NCBI GenBank assembly: GCA_047285305.1
Contig: JBJBDL010000003.1
Span: forward strand, 2,016,001-2,080,000
Direction: 5' to 3'
DNA: 64,000 nt
DNA from: Synechococcus sp.
Lineage (GTDB): Bacteria > Cyanobacteriota > Cyanobacteriia > PCC-6307 > Cyanobiaceae
Below the pieces are notes generated by a model. The model did no database searches and was not told the origin of the DNA. It saw nothing but the letters and a program-made list of their open reading frames with translations. Made by a program: the position numbers and the translations under genes. Below are positions 27,494-38,290 of this stretch, piece by piece. Every line of letters begins with the position of its first letter. Position 1 is the stretch's first letter.

Positions 27494-28303
27494 ATGAGCC
27501 AAAAATCAAGGCTCGCCAGGCAAGTGACGCTTGACGAAGCGTGGTCGTCTTCAGAACACAGTGAAATTTGCTGTCTGATTTACGCCACCCAAAACGGCTG
27601 GAAGCTCCCAATCCTTTTTGAAGAAATGGGTGTGCCTTATGACTGGGCACTGGTGGACTTTGAGAAGAGTGAACAGCGCAGTGAAGGTTTTCTTTCCATC
27701 AACCCAAACGGTCGGATTCCGGCACTGATTGATCGTGCACACGGAGTAACAGTCGCCGAGTCGGCAGCCATCCTGGAGTACAGCGCGGCTCGCTTCGCCA
27801 GCCCTTTGCTGCCCCCTGCCGATGAGGACCTGCAGCTACACCTGCAAACGAAGCAATGGCTCCATTGGCAGGTCAGCGCCCTCGGGCCTTCGATGGGGCA
27901 AGCCATGTACTTTCAGCGAATCGCCAAGGTTCACGGCCAAAACGATCCCTTCGCCATTGGTCGCTTCATTGCCGAAGCGGAACGCTGTTTGCACATGCTC
28001 GACGACCAGCTCGCGTTATCGAGCGGCCCTTTTGTGCTCGGTCAGCGTTGCACACTCGTGGATGTCGCCTGTTTCCCTTACTGCGCTAGTGCTTATTGGG
28101 CAAATGTCGATATCTCGGCGATGAGCCATCTGCTCGCTTGGATCGAGATGCTCCACCAGCGTCCGTCTTTTAGTACCGGTCTCACCGTGCCTTTCTCTCG
28201 GCCTGCTTTCTTTGGACCTCCGTATGCAACACCGGAGGAAATCGAGGAGGAGATTGCGCGTAACGCCGGTCAGTTCGCTGTGGTTTCTAAGTCTCCCAGT
28301 TGA
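27494..28303 (+). CDS. Glutathione S-transferase (YghU/YfcG-like)
   Basis: TQNGWK, INPNGRIPALID, ESAAILEY, LGPSMGQA. Confidence 0.87.
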   Translation: MSQKSRLARQVTLDEAWSSSEHSEICCLIYATQNGWKLPILFEEMGVPYDWALVDFEKSEQRSEGFLSINPNGRIPALIDRAHGVTVAESAAILEYSAARFASPLLPPADEDLQLHLQTKQWLHWQVSALGPSMGQAMYFQRIAKVHGQNDPFAIGRFIAEAERCLHMLDDQLALSSGPFVLGQRCTLVDVACFPYCASAYWANVDISAMSHLLAWIEMLHQRPSFSTGLTVPFSRPAFFGPPYATPEEIEEEIARNAGQFAVVSKSPS

Positions 28304-29036
28304 GCTGCCAGGCGTCTCGGCTTAATGAATCCTGGCCGGTTGACGTAACTCCTATTGCGCAAGAAAAAGCCGGGTGCAGTTTCCCCACGCATCCCGGCTT
28401 AACGCATTTGATTCACCGTTATGAAGCTGGACTTAGCCCATCCCGTAGAAACTCAGTCATGGCTCAACTGTTCAGCTCGATACATGAGCTGACTGGCTCA
28501 TTGACTCATCGCCTTCTTTGACCTCCCAAATTCAGCACCGTATTGATGGCCGCCAACGTGACGAGACAGGTGAGGCAAAAATCCTTGTAATCCATGGAGC
28601 ATTGAGCAAGCCCGGCAGATTGCCAGGTCAGCGTCGGTTGCCATAAGGACAGTTGTGCTGGTCCTTTCTTAGCTCCGATAGTGCTGGTTTGAGTGACCAG
28701 GGAAACCCTTCTGGTCAGCGCCCAACGCCATCATTCGATTCAGCGCCTTAGGTGGCCGCGGTGAGAGCTATATGCGGTCCCGGTCATGTGATCGAGCTGG
28801 CGAATGGCGCTGACCACGGCGCCAGGGTTGTGGAGCCGTGGATCCTGCCGCTGCGGGTGGCGGTGTTCGCGATCCTGAGCGGTTAGGCCAGGCTGTTGTC
28901 ACGATCACTGATCACCCTTGTCGTCGTAGGTCGTCAGAGGAAGCACGGGAGTGCTCTTGTCTAGCCATCACCGCCTGACGCAGAGATGGCTCTTCTCTAT
29001 TGGTGGTTGATTGGAGCTCAATTCTGAAAGCACAAC

Positions 29037-29064
29037 AAAAAGCCCCCTCCGAGGAGGGGGCTTT
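29037..29064 (-). terminator. psbA terminator
   Basis: AAAAAGCCCCCTCC-GA-GGAGGGGGCTTT. Confidence 0.8.
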
Positions 29065-29122
29065 CCGATTCAGTTGATCTGAATCGTTTTTGCTGTTCCG
29101 AATGGAACAGGTTGATTCCAGA

Positions 29123-30202
29123 TCAACCGATGGCAGGAGCCTGCAGAGCCACAGGAGTGGACTCAGCAGCAGCCAGGTCGAGGGGGAAGTTGTGAGCGTT
29201 GCGCTCGTGCATCACTTCCATGCCGAGGCCGGCACGGTTCAGCACATCAGCCCAGGTGTTCAGGACGCGGCCCTGACCATCAAGGATGGACTGGTTGAAG
29301 TTGAAGCCGTTCAGGTTGAAGGCCATGGTTGACACGCCGAGGGCGGTGAACCAGATGCCGACAACAGGCCAGGCAGCCAGGAAGAAGTGAAGGCTACGGC
29401 TGTTGTTGAAGGAGGCGTATTGGAAGATCAGGCGACCGAAGTAACCGTGGGCAGCCACGATGTTGTAGGTCTCTTCCTCTTGGCCGAACTTGTAGCCGTA
29501 GTTCTGGGACTCGCTCTCGGTGGTTTCACGCACCAAGGAGGAGGTCACCAGGGAGCCGTGCATGGCGGAGAACAAGCTGCCGCCGAAAACACCTGCGACG
29601 CCCAGCATGTGGAAGGGGTGCATCAGGATGTTGTGCTCGGCCTGGAACACCAACATGTAGTTGAAGGTGCCAGAGATGCCCAGGGGCATTGCGTCAGAGA
29701 AGGAACCCTGACCGAAGGGGTAAACCAGGAAAACAGCGGAGGCTGCAGCGACAGGTGCGCTGTAGGCAACGCAGATCCAGGGGCGCATGCCCAGGCGGTA
29801 GGAAAGTTCCCACTCACGACCCATGTAGGCGTAGATGCCGATGAGGAAGTGGAAAACAACCAGCTGGAAAGGGCCGCCGTTGTACAGCCACTCATCGAGG
29901 GAAGCAGCTTCCCAGATGGGATAGAAGTGCAGGCCGATGGCGTTGCTGGAAGGAACAACAGCACCAGAGATGATGTTGTTGCCGTAGATCAGGGAGCCAG
30001 CGACGGGCTCACGAATGCCATCGATGTCGACCGGAGGAGCGGCGACGAAAGCGATGACGAAGCAGATGGTGGCAGCCAGCAGTGTGGGGATCATCAGCAC
30101 ACCGAACCAACCGACATACAGACGGTTGTTGGTGGAGGTGACCCACTCACAGAAGGCCTGCCAGCTGGAAGCGCCGGAGCGCTGCTGGAGGGTGGTGGTC
30201 AT
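29123..30202 (-). CDS. psbA: Photosystem II D1 protein, D1:2-type
   Basis: Unambiguous D1 sequence; YMGREWELS has Glu at the 130-equivalent position. Confidence 0.99.
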   Translation of the reverse strand: MTTTLQQRSGASSWQAFCEWVTSTNNRLYVGWFGVLMIPTLLAATICFVIAFVAAPPVDIDGIREPVAGSLIYGNNIISGAVVPSSNAIGLHFYPIWEAASLDEWLYNGGPFQLVVFHFLIGIYAYMGREWELSYRLGMRPWICVAYSAPVAAASAVFLVYPFGQGSFSDAMPLGISGTFNYMLVFQAEHNILMHPFHMLGVAGVFGGSLFSAMHGSLVTSSLVRETTESESQNYGYKFGQEEETYNIVAAHGYFGRLIFQYASFNNSRSLHFFLAAWPVVGIWFTALGVSTMAFNLNGFNFNQSILDGQGRVLNTWADVLNRAGLGMEVMHERNAHNFPLDLAAAESTPVALQAPAIG

Positions 30203-30262
30203 GAGAACGGAAAGAAATGTTCCCGAAGGAACGGTTTAAGGAAGGGCAGGAGAGCCCTGCCT
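30203..30262 (-). promoter_or_regulatory. Structured psbA 5' UTR (possibly PhotoRC-I-like)
   Basis: Hairpins GGCAGG..CCTGCC and GTTCC-TTCG-GGAAC just upstream of the start. Confidence 0.45.
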
Positions 30263-30367
30263 GATCGTGATTGTAAAGGAAGTTTGCGCTGTGTGTCCAC
30301 AGATTGCGAAACCAACGCTTAAGCGCCCCAGACGAGGAAAGCGATGTTTTCGAAAGACTTAAGATTC

Positions 30368-30535
30368 ATGAGACTCACCAAGGCGCTTTTGGTTCTGATC
30401 CGCTGGATGCAAGCCGGCCACCGCTTGGAGGAAACCGTTCCTCTGACCCAGGCCCGCCACAGGCGACTGGAGCTGGAGGCTCAAGGGGCCACCGTGTATT
30501 GGAGTGAACGTCTGGCCCAGGGCCAGTTCTGCTGA
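30368..30535 (+). CDS. Small conserved protein
   Basis: LIRW..GHRLEETVP...ARHRRLELEAQGATVYWSERL. Confidence 0.6.
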   Translation: MRLTKALLVLIRWMQAGHRLEETVPLTQARHRRLELEAQGATVYWSERLAQGQFC

Positions 30536-30562
30536 GAGGCTGGGGCCAATCAGGACAGGCCC

Positions 30563-30889
30563 ATGCAGCGTTTGATTCCTCTGATCTGTCTTGGGCTGAC
30601 CTCGATTGGTCTCACCAGCTGTGGATTGGTGAGCTCAAGAGGCGACCAACCAAACGCAAGCGCTTCGATCAAACAGCTGGAACAACGCATCAACCAGCTG
30701 GAACAGGAGCTGCAACAAATCAAGTTGCCCGGCGGCGATGCCGACAGCAAAACCCCGGCCGGTCCGCTGCGATCCCTCACCCTGCGGATCGGCACCGAGG
30801 ACGACCGATTGCGGATGTATTGGGCCGATGGTCAGACGAGCAATCTGATCTGCTCTCAAGAAGGGAAAGGTGTTTGGGCCTGCGGTTAA
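30563..30889 (+). CDS. Putative lipoprotein
   Basis: Lipobox LTSC followed by a coiled coil. Confidence 0.7.
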   Translation: MQRLIPLICLGLTSIGLTSCGLVSSRGDQPNASASIKQLEQRINQLEQELQQIKLPGGDADSKTPAGPLRSLTLRIGTEDDRLRMYWADGQTSNLICSQEGKGVWACG

Positions 30890-31800
30890 GCCGCAGAGAG
30901 CAGCTGCTGCAAGGCCGGCAGCCAGGTGGGCTGCAAGGGCCACACCTCCCGGCGCGTGAGGGAAAAAGCAATGCTTTTCTCCGCGTAGGCCGCTTCATTC
31001 ACAAACACCGGGATCTCCCCCTCAACCCACGCTTCACCTCGATCGGTGCCATCCGCAGCACGGAACATCGCCTGGGTTGAGCTGATGTCCTGCCAATCGC
31101 GGCCCTGCAGTTCGGGATGCACAAGGGCCTGAGGCTCTCCGTTCTCCCCCTTCGGAAGATCCCGACTCCCCAGATGACGGTGCACCACCAGAGCATCCGG
31201 CAGCCGGGCCAAGCCCTGATCTGCCTGATCCAAGGCCCTCAGGCAGGCTTCCAAGCCAAGACGGGTCTGTTCAACGACCCGGGCATTGAGCAGACCTTGC
31301 GGCACAGGGCCCACCTCGATCACCAGGCCGCAGGGCCAGGATTCAACAAGGAAACCGGTCTGCTGAGCATCGGCTTCGTGCAGATAAATCGGCAGACCGA
31401 GCGCTCCCTGCACCAAAGCCGCGAGGGCGAGATCAGCGGGACGCCGGCCGTACACCACCAGGGAATTGCCCATGGCCGCTGTGGTGCTGTGCAGATCGAT
31501 GGCCACAGCACAAGGCTGCTCGCCGCTCGGGCCGTGCAAGCGCAGGAGTTCCCCAGCACGCTGGAACTCCAAGCCGGGGGCCCCCTGCTCCAACTGTTCC
31601 GGGAGGAAGCAGCGGTTGAGGTCACGATCAACGTAACGGCAGCGGCGGCGCAACGCTTCCGGGTTACCGATCACCTTCTGCACCACCAAGCCAGCAGCGT
31701 TGATCAGATCAGGGTTGGACTGCCACTGCTGCAACAACCAAGGGGCATTGACCTCATTGCCGTGGGTGCCGGCCACCACAAGAACGCCACAGCTGCTCAT
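30886..31800 (-). CDS. Aspartoacylase / succinylglutamate desuccinylase family
   Basis: GTHGNE, DRDLNR, DLHSTT, EVGP, NEAAY.EK motifs. Confidence 0.9.
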   Translation of the reverse strand: MSSCGVLVVAGTHGNEVNAPWLLQQWQSNPDLINAAGLVVQKVIGNPEALRRRCRYVDRDLNRCFLPEQLEQGAPGLEFQRAGELLRLHGPSGEQPCAVAIDLHSTTAAMGNSLVVYGRRPADLALAALVQGALGLPIYLHEADAQQTGFLVESWPCGLVIEVGPVPQGLLNARVVEQTRLGLEACLRALDQADQGLARLPDALVVHRHLGSRDLPKGENGEPQALVHPELQGRDWQDISSTQAMFRAADGTDRGEAWVEGEIPVFVNEAAYAEKSIAFSLTRREVWPLQPTWLPALQQLLSAA

Positions 31801-31870
31801 TGACCACAGCGAACCAAGTTCTGACTGAAGCACGAGTCACAGCGAGGATGAAAGCGATCCAAACCACACC

Positions 31871-32845
31871 ATGTCGATCCCACCTGTTGTGGTCACGGCC
31901 GCCCGTCGCAGTTGGCGATGGCAATGGCAACGGCTGATGGGTGGGTTGGGCCCAGCCGATGCGGCCGGCAATTACACCCGCCCAAGCAGCGATCCGCTCA
32001 GCCCGCCGGCTTTAAACCCCGAAGACCTGCTCCAGCGCAGCGCAGACCAACGGCCAATCCTGGTGATCGGGCGCAGTTGCCCCTGGGCCCATCGCACCTG
32101 GCTGGTGCATCAGCTGCGCCATCTGCACAACAGCCTCACCCTCGTGATGGCACGGGCGGATCACAACGCTGGACGCTGGGCCCTCAATCCAGCCTGGGAG
32201 GGGTGCACAACGCTGCTGGAGATGTATCAGCACTGCGGCGCACCCCCCAGCTACCGGGCCACCGTGCCTGTTCTGGTGGATCCGAAGACGCGCAGCCTGC
32301 TGGGCAATGACAGTGCACCACTGGTGGAGCTGTTGAACCGCTGGCCCCATCAAGACGCTGTTGTGGACCTGGCACCGGCGGAAGCCACCGACAGGATCCA
32401 GGCCTGGCAGCAGCGGCTGCAACCGGCCATCAACGATGGGGTGTACCGCTGCGGTTTCGCCCGCAACCAAGCGGCCTACGACCGCGCTGAAGCCGATCTC
32501 TTCGCCGCCCTTGCTGCGGTTGAGCAGAGCCTCGAAACCAATGGTCCATGGCTGTGCGGCACGGCACTGACCCTGGCGGACGTGCGCTTATTCCCCACTT
32601 TGATCCGCTGGGAGCTGGTCTATGCGCCCCTGTTCGGCTGCAGTCGGCAGCCGCTCTGGCACTACCCACACCTCTGGGCATGGCGACAACGCTTTTACGC
32701 CTTGCCGGGCGTTGCGGACACCTGCGACGGGAGCGCCTGGCGACACGACTACTTCGGTGCCCTGTTCCCCCTCAATCCCGGCGGCATCGTTCCAGCCGGT
32801 CCTGACCTGAGCACACTGGTGTACAGCACGGCGGCGTCGGGATGA
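31871..32845 (+). CDS. Glutathionyl-hydroquinone reductase (GST Xi class)
   Basis: CPWAHR, TVPVLVD, INDGVYRCGFA, ADVRLFPTLIR. Confidence 0.9.
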   Translation: MSIPPVVVTAARRSWRWQWQRLMGGLGPADAAGNYTRPSSDPLSPPALNPEDLLQRSADQRPILVIGRSCPWAHRTWLVHQLRHLHNSLTLVMARADHNAGRWALNPAWEGCTTLLEMYQHCGAPPSYRATVPVLVDPKTRSLLGNDSAPLVELLNRWPHQDAVVDLAPAEATDRIQAWQQRLQPAINDGVYRCGFARNQAAYDRAEADLFAALAAVEQSLETNGPWLCGTALTLADVRLFPTLIRWELVYAPLFGCSRQPLWHYPHLWAWRQRFYALPGVADTCDGSAWRHDYFGALFPLNPGGIVPAGPDLSTLVYSTAASG

Positions 32846-33480
32846 CCAGCGCAGATCCAATCTTTGAGGGTGTTTACGGCACTTACTCGATCACCGCTGC
32901 CGATCGCCAGGAGGTGCGTTCCTATCGGATCGCCCTGTTGATCACCGGCCTCAGCCTGGCTGCAGGAGTGCTGCAGTGGTGGCAGACCGATAGCTCCTGG
33001 GCATGGCTCTGGGTGCTGCCGATGGCCACGGCCCTGGGCCTGGCCCTGCGCTGGATCCACATCTACCTCCGCCCCTTGCACCGCGCCCTGCAACTGTTCT
33101 GGCTCAGTGGTTGCATCGGTTGGGGCGCCCTGCTGCTGCAGGCCGGCCCCACCGAAGTGCTCTCAACCCTCCAGGGTCAGCCGCTGTGGATCCTGGCCAT
33201 CGGGCCGCTGTTTGCCGCATTGGCGGGCATCGGCTTCAAGGAGTTTTTCTGCTTCCAACGGCCCGAAGCCATCGGCCTCACCTTGCTGCTGCCGGCAGCG
33301 CTGCTGGGGCATCTGGTGGGTCTGATCAATGGCCACCTCTGCCTGGCTCTACTGGAAAGTGCAGCATTGCTGCTGGTGTTGCTGGCCCTGCGCAAATTCG
33401 GCATGGAGGCAGCAGCGGATGTAGGCGACAAGAGCGTGTTTGCTTATCTGGACGGTCAACTGCCCGCTGGCACGCCGTGA
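32842..33480 (+). CDS. DUF2301 membrane protein
   Basis: GVYG, IHIY, GIGFKEFFCF, DVGDKSVF. Confidence 0.85.
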   Translation: MTSADPIFEGVYGTYSITAADRQEVRSYRIALLITGLSLAAGVLQWWQTDSSWAWLWVLPMATALGLALRWIHIYLRPLHRALQLFWLSGCIGWGALLLQAGPTEVLSTLQGQPLWILAIGPLFAALAGIGFKEFFCFQRPEAIGLTLLLPAALLGHLVGLINGHLCLALLESAALLLVLLALRKFGMEAAADVGDKSVFAYLDGQLPAGTP

Positions 33481-35378
33481 GTCTGATCAGCCTGTTGGGT
33501 GCGGCCAAGGATTTCGGCATCCGCACCCTCTTTTCCGATCTCGATCTCCACATCGGTAAAGGGGAACGGCTCGGGCTAATCGGTCCCAATGGAGCCGGCA
33601 AATCCACGCTCTTGAAGGTGCTTGCGGGGAAAGAACCGCTCGGGGAAGGGGAACGCCGCTGCTCACCCCGGCTTCGGGTGGAGCTGGTGGGTCAGGAAAG
33701 CCGGATCACAACGGGGCTCACGGTGCTGGAGCAGGTGCTGGAGGGCTGTGGTGCCAAACGGGATCTGCTGGTGCGCTTCAGCGCCCTCAGCGACGCCATC
33801 GCGGCAGACCCCAGCAATGAAGCACTCATGGCGGAGCTGGGTCAGCTCAGCCAACGGATGGATGAAGAGGACGCCTGGAGCCTGGAGCAGCAATGCCGGG
33901 AAGTGCTGCAGAAATTGGGCATCAGCGATCTCCAGCGCCCGGTCGACGACCTCTCCGGCGGATACCGCAAACGGGTGGGTCTGGCATCAGCCCTGGTGGC
34001 CTGCCCCGATGTGCTGCTGCTGGATGAGCCCACCAACCATCTCGATGCCGCTGCCGTGGAATGGCTGCAGAGCTGGCTGGATCGCTATCCCGGGGCTCTG
34101 GTGCTGGTCACCCATGACCGCTACGTGCTTGATCGGGTGACGCGACGGATGGTGGAGGTGGACCGAGGCCAGGCCCGCACCTATCAGGGGAACTACAGCA
34201 CCTTTCTGCAGCACAAAGCGGAAGAAGAGGCCTCTGAAGAGGCCTCAGCGGCCAAGTTCAAAAGCGTGCTTCGCCGCGAATTGGCCTGGCTACGCCAGGG
34301 CCCCAAGGCGCGCAGCACCAAACAGAAGGCGCGACTGCAACGCATCGAAGCGATGCGCGAGCAGAAACCCAATCAGGCCAAAGCAAAGTTGGAGATGACC
34401 GGCATCAGCCGGCGCATCGGCAAACAGGTGATTGAAGCGGAAGCCGTTGGGGTCACAGCCGATGGCAGCAGGGGCGGTCGCCCACTCCTCGATGGCTTCA
34501 GCTACAGCTTCAGCCCTGAAGACCGGATCGGCATCATCGGCCCCAACGGCAGCGGCAAATCCACCCTGCTTGATCTCATCGCCGGACGGCGCGAGCCAAC
34601 CCAGGGCAGCCTGCTGCTTGGGGAGACCGTTCACATCGGTTACCTGGACCAGCACACCGAAGACTTCAACAAAGGCAAAGGGCTCGATCGCAAAGTGATC
34701 GAGTTCGTGGAAGAAGCCGCCAGCCGGATCGATCTGGGGGGTGAACAGGTCACCGCATCCCAGCTTCTGGAACGCTTTTTGTTTCCACCGGCCCAGCAGC
34801 ACAGCCCCTTGGCCAAGCTCTCGGGAGGCGAGCGCCGCCGCCTCACCCTCTGCCGGATGCTGATCCAGGCGCCCAACGTGTTGCTGTTGGACGAACCCAC
34901 CAATGATCTGGATGTTCAGACCCTCAGCGTTCTCGAAGACTTCCTTGAAGACTTCCGAGGTTGCGTGATCGTTGTTTCCCACGACCGTTACTTCCTCGAT
35001 CGCACGGTTGATCGTCTGTTCTGTTTCGACCAAGGACGGCTCAATCGCTTTGAAGGGAACTACAGCGCGTTTCTGGAGCAGCAACGCCAGGAGGAACGCA
35101 GCCAAAGCCAGGCGAGCAAACCCTCCACACCCAAACCAGAGAGCAGCCGCAAGACCAAGCGCGACGGCCCGCGGCGGCGAAACTTCAAGGAAAACAAGGA
35201 GCTTGCGGCGCTTGATCAACAGCTGCCTGAACTGGAGCTGAAGAAAGAGGAGCTGGAACAGCAGATGACCCGGGAAGGCGCTGACATGGCCAAGCTGAGT
35301 CTCGATCTGGCTGAGATCATCAACCGCATTGAACAAGCGGAAGAACGCTGGCTGGAACTCAGTGAATTGGCGCCCTGA
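33477..35378 (+). CDS. uup: ABC-F family ATP-binding protein (Uup-like)
   Basis: Two ABC domains (GPNGAGKST, GPNGSGKST, DEPTN twice), linker KARSTKQKARL, C-terminal coiled coil; GTG start. Confidence 0.88.
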   Translation: MSLISLLGAAKDFGIRTLFSDLDLHIGKGERLGLIGPNGAGKSTLLKVLAGKEPLGEGERRCSPRLRVELVGQESRITTGLTVLEQVLEGCGAKRDLLVRFSALSDAIAADPSNEALMAELGQLSQRMDEEDAWSLEQQCREVLQKLGISDLQRPVDDLSGGYRKRVGLASALVACPDVLLLDEPTNHLDAAAVEWLQSWLDRYPGALVLVTHDRYVLDRVTRRMVEVDRGQARTYQGNYSTFLQHKAEEEASEEASAAKFKSVLRRELAWLRQGPKARSTKQKARLQRIEAMREQKPNQAKAKLEMTGISRRIGKQVIEAEAVGVTADGSRGGRPLLDGFSYSFSPEDRIGIIGPNGSGKSTLLDLIAGRREPTQGSLLLGETVHIGYLDQHTEDFNKGKGLDRKVIEFVEEAASRIDLGGEQVTASQLLERFLFPPAQQHSPLAKLSGGERRRLTLCRMLIQAPNVLLLDEPTNDLDVQTLSVLEDFLEDFRGCVIVVSHDRYFLDRTVDRLFCFDQGRLNRFEGNYSAFLEQQRQEERSQSQASKPSTPKPESSRKTKRDGPRRRNFKENKELAALDQQLPELELKKEELEQQMTREGADMAKLSLDLAEIINRIEQAEERWLELSELAP

Positions 35379-35400
35379 TCAACGATCTGGAGCTGTGCTT

Positions 35401-35414
35401 GTAGCCACGGCTAC
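35401..35414. promoter_or_regulatory. NtcA-like site upstream of CP12
   Basis: TGTAGCC-AC-GGCTACA palindrome containing GTA-N8-TAC. Confidence 0.55.
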
Positions 35415-35517
35415 AACCACTTCAAATCAACGTTGTCGGATGGTCATGGGGGGGGGATTCCAACACTCCAAAACCGATGAATCGCCGTAAGGTGCTGCCA
35501 GGCCACGGTCTGAATTC

Positions 35518-35736
35518 ATGAAGTCCATCGACGAACACATCCAGAAGGATCAATCCGAAATCGAAGCTGCCAAAGCAGCTGGAGACGAGGCCAAGGTTCG
35601 TCACCTCACCGATGAGCTGAAGTCGCTGGAGGAATACAAGGAACACCACCCCGGCGACAGCCACGACCCCACTTCGCTCGAGCTGCATTGCGAGGCCAAT
35701 CCCGATGCAGAGGAATGCCGCGTCTACGACGATTGA
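35518..35736 (+). CDS. cp12: CP12 Calvin-cycle regulator, marine type with only the C-terminal Cys pair
   Basis: C-terminal LELHCEANPDAEECRVYDD. Confidence 0.92.
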   Translation: MKSIDEHIQKDQSEIEAAKAAGDEAKVRHLTDELKSLEEYKEHHPGDSHDPTSLELHCEANPDAEECRVYDD

Positions 35737-35765
35737 GTCAACCAGCGACCTAAATCAACGAGGGC

Positions 35766-35948
35766 TCAGTAGTCCTCGTTGTAGTCGGAGGGGCTGCCGG
35801 TCAGGCTGCAGACGACAGCCTCCTCCCTACGCATTGCCTTCACTTCAGCGATCGGGCGTCCCATGCGTTGAAGCACAGCAACATCTTCTTTTGTTTGGCA
35901 CCGGGCGATCACGTCGCCCTTGTTGTCCAGACAGGTGTAAAAGGTCAT
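35766..35948 (-). CDS. Small conserved hypothetical protein
   Basis: 60 aa ending VVCSLTGSPSDYN. Confidence 0.7.
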   Translation of the reverse strand: MTFYTCLDNKGDVIARCQTKEDVAVLQRMGRPIAEVKAMRREEAVVCSLTGSPSDYNEDY

Positions 35949-36041
35949 GTCATGGGAGAGACATTCCCGTTATGGCTCCCCCGCGATCAGGCCACAAGCA
36001 TCGGTGTGGCTGATCACATGAAGATTGTCTGGAGCATCAGC

Positions 36042-37031
36042 TCACACTCCGAGCTCGGCCCAGGTTTCTGCCAACAACTGATCGAGGTTGGTTCCCATGG
36101 CGGCTGAAATGCACAGCACGGGACGACCGCTCGCCGCCTCAAGGTCTTGCCGCAACTTGGGGAGATCCTCTTCTGTCACCAACTCCTGTTTGTTGATCAC
36201 CAACAGACGTGGTCGATCAACCAGACCATGGCCATAGGCCTCCAGCTCCTGCTGGACGACGTTCAGGTCAGCCACGGGATCCTCGGATCCTGCGTCCACG
36301 AGGTGGATCAGCAGACGGGTGCGTTCGATATGACGCAGAAAGTCGTGGCCAAGACCAGCGCCCTGGGCGGCCCCCTCAATCAAGCCTGGAATATCCGCGA
36401 ACACGGTTCCATCTCCACTGGGACGGCGCACCACACCAAGGTTGGGGACCAAGGTGGTGAAGGGGTAATCGGCAATCTTGGGTCGCGCTGCCGACAGCAC
36501 GGCGATCAAGGTGCTCTTGCCGGCATTGGGAAGACCAATGATGCCCACCTCAGCCAGCAACTTCAGTTCCAGCTGCAGGGGCCATTCCTCACCCTCACGG
36601 CCCTCGGTGAATTTCTCCGGAGCGCGGTTGCGATTGCTCAGATAATGGGCGTTGCCCAAACCACCTCGCCCACCGAAGGCAACGGTAAGACGCTCACCCG
36701 GGGTGGTGAGGTCTCCCAGAAGAATGCCGGTGCGCAGATGGCGTACCTCCGTGCCGCAAGGCACCTTGATCACCAGGTCTTTCCCTGATGCACCGGTGCA
36801 TTTGTTCGGACCACCGCGTCGCCCATCGTCAGCAGCGAACAGGCGTTTGTATTTGAAATCGAGCAGGGTTTGCAGGTTGCTGTCGGCCTCGAGAACCACG
36901 GGAGCCCCACACCCGCCGTCACCTCCGGAGGGGCCTCCAGCGGGCACATACTTTTCACGGCGAAATGCAGCGATGCCATCGCCGCCGCGCCCGCCTCGGA
37001 CCGTGATCCGTGCCTGATCGATGAACTGCAC
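36042..37031 (-). CDS. obgE: GTPase Obg/CgtA
   Basis: Gly-rich Obg domain, [18 protein letters not shown]. Confidence 0.97.
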   Translation of the reverse strand: MQFIDQARITVRGGRGGDGIAAFRREKYVPAGGPSGGDGGCGAPVVLEADSNLQTLLDFKYKRLFAADDGRRGGPNKCTGASGKDLVIKVPCGTEVRHLRTGILLGDLTTPGERLTVAFGGRGGLGNAHYLSNRNRAPEKFTEGREGEEWPLQLELKLLAEVGIIGLPNAGKSTLIAVLSAARPKIADYPFTTLVPNLGVVRRPSGDGTVFADIPGLIEGAAQGAGLGHDFLRHIERTRLLIHLVDAGSEDPVADLNVVQQELEAYGHGLVDRPRLLVINKQELVTEEDLPKLRQDLEAASGRPVLCISAAMGTNLDQLLAETWAELGV

Positions 37032-37089
37032 GGTGCTGCCGGCTCAATCCAATCCATAACCCTAAGATTCAGCCGCTGCAGCTCTGTCT

Positions 37090-38268
37090 TTGGCCGGCGT
37101 CCGTTTCGAAGACCTCAGCAAGACCTTCCCAGGACGCGGCGGCGGTGATCCCGTTGAAGTGATTCGTCAGTTGAATCTGACGATCAACGATGGCGAGTTT
37201 TTGGTGCTGGTCGGTCCCTCGGGGTGCGGCAAAAGCACCTTGCTGCGACTGCTCGCTGGTCTCGACAGCCCCACCAGCGGCGAAATCAGAATCGGGTCCC
37301 GGCCCATCAGCGATGTGCCGCCAGCGCGCCGCAACGTCGCCATGGTGTTCCAGAGCTATGCGCTCTACCCGCATCTCAGCGTGCGGGACAACCTCAGCTT
37401 CGGACTGCGCAGAAGCCAGGCGAGATCAACCGTCCAGCGCATCCAAGATCAAGCCTTTCGAGCCACGCGCGCCTTACCCGAACCACTGAGGGTGCGGTCG
37501 GTCAGAGAAGAACGAATCGAAGCCCGGGTGAACACCGTTGCCAGATCTCTGGAACTCACGGAATTGCTCGATCGAAGGCCAAAAGAACTGTCCGGCGGAC
37601 AGAAACAACGGGTCGCCCTCGGACGCGCCATGGCGCGCAATCCTGAGGTGTTTTTGATGGACGAACCGCTGAGCAATCTCGACGCCAAACTCAGAACGAG
37701 CACGCGCCAAAGAATCGTCGAGCTGCAACGAGAACTGGGAACAACGACGGTTTATGTGACCCACGACCAGGTGGAAGCGATGACCATGGGGGACCGCATC
37801 GCGGTGTTGAACCAAGGGCGCCTGCAGCAGCTCGGGACCCCCATGGAGTTGTACAGATGGCCCTCCAACATCTTCGTGGCCCAGTTCATTGGCAGCCCAG
37901 CGATGAGCCTTTTGCCCGTCACGGTGGGACCCAATGCAACTCTGATTCTGGGGAACAAGCGCATTCAGGTTGAAGGCGCAATGGTCGAGCCTCTACTTCA
38001 ACGAGAAGGCCAACACATCACCGCAGGATTGAGGCCTGAACACTGGCATCTGGCACCGGCAACAAACCGGAATCTCCAAGCCGAGGTAAGTCATTGCGAG
38101 CGTCTGGGCAATGAGCAGATCCTCACCTGTCGGCTCCTGGATGGTGATCAACTCATCCAGGTCAGAGCTTCAACGGAGATCAACATCACTGCCGGCGATG
38201 CCATCCACCTCGACCCTGACCCCACAGGCTGGCGGTTGTTTGATGCGGATGGTGAAGCCATCCGTTAG
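37090..38268 (+). CDS. Sugar/osmolyte ABC transporter ATP-binding subunit (MalK/GgtA-like)
   Basis: GPSGCGKST, VFQSYALYPH, LSGGQKQR, DEPLSNLDAKLR. Confidence 0.9.
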   Translation: MAGVRFEDLSKTFPGRGGGDPVEVIRQLNLTINDGEFLVLVGPSGCGKSTLLRLLAGLDSPTSGEIRIGSRPISDVPPARRNVAMVFQSYALYPHLSVRDNLSFGLRRSQARSTVQRIQDQAFRATRALPEPLRVRSVREERIEARVNTVARSLELTELLDRRPKELSGGQKQRVALGRAMARNPEVFLMDEPLSNLDAKLRTSTRQRIVELQRELGTTTVYVTHDQVEAMTMGDRIAVLNQGRLQQLGTPMELYRWPSNIFVAQFIGSPAMSLLPVTVGPNATLILGNKRIQVEGAMVEPLLQREGQHITAGLRPEHWHLAPATNRNLQAEVSHCERLGNEQILTCRLLDGDQLIQVRASTEINITAGDAIHLDPDPTGWRLFDADGEAIR

Positions 38269-38290
38269 CCACTGAAGCTCCTGAAATAGC

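Noticed and set aside
33003..33476. N-terminal extension of the ABC-F ORF in the track
   Set aside because: It overlaps the DUF2301 gene; ABC homology begins at GTG 33477.
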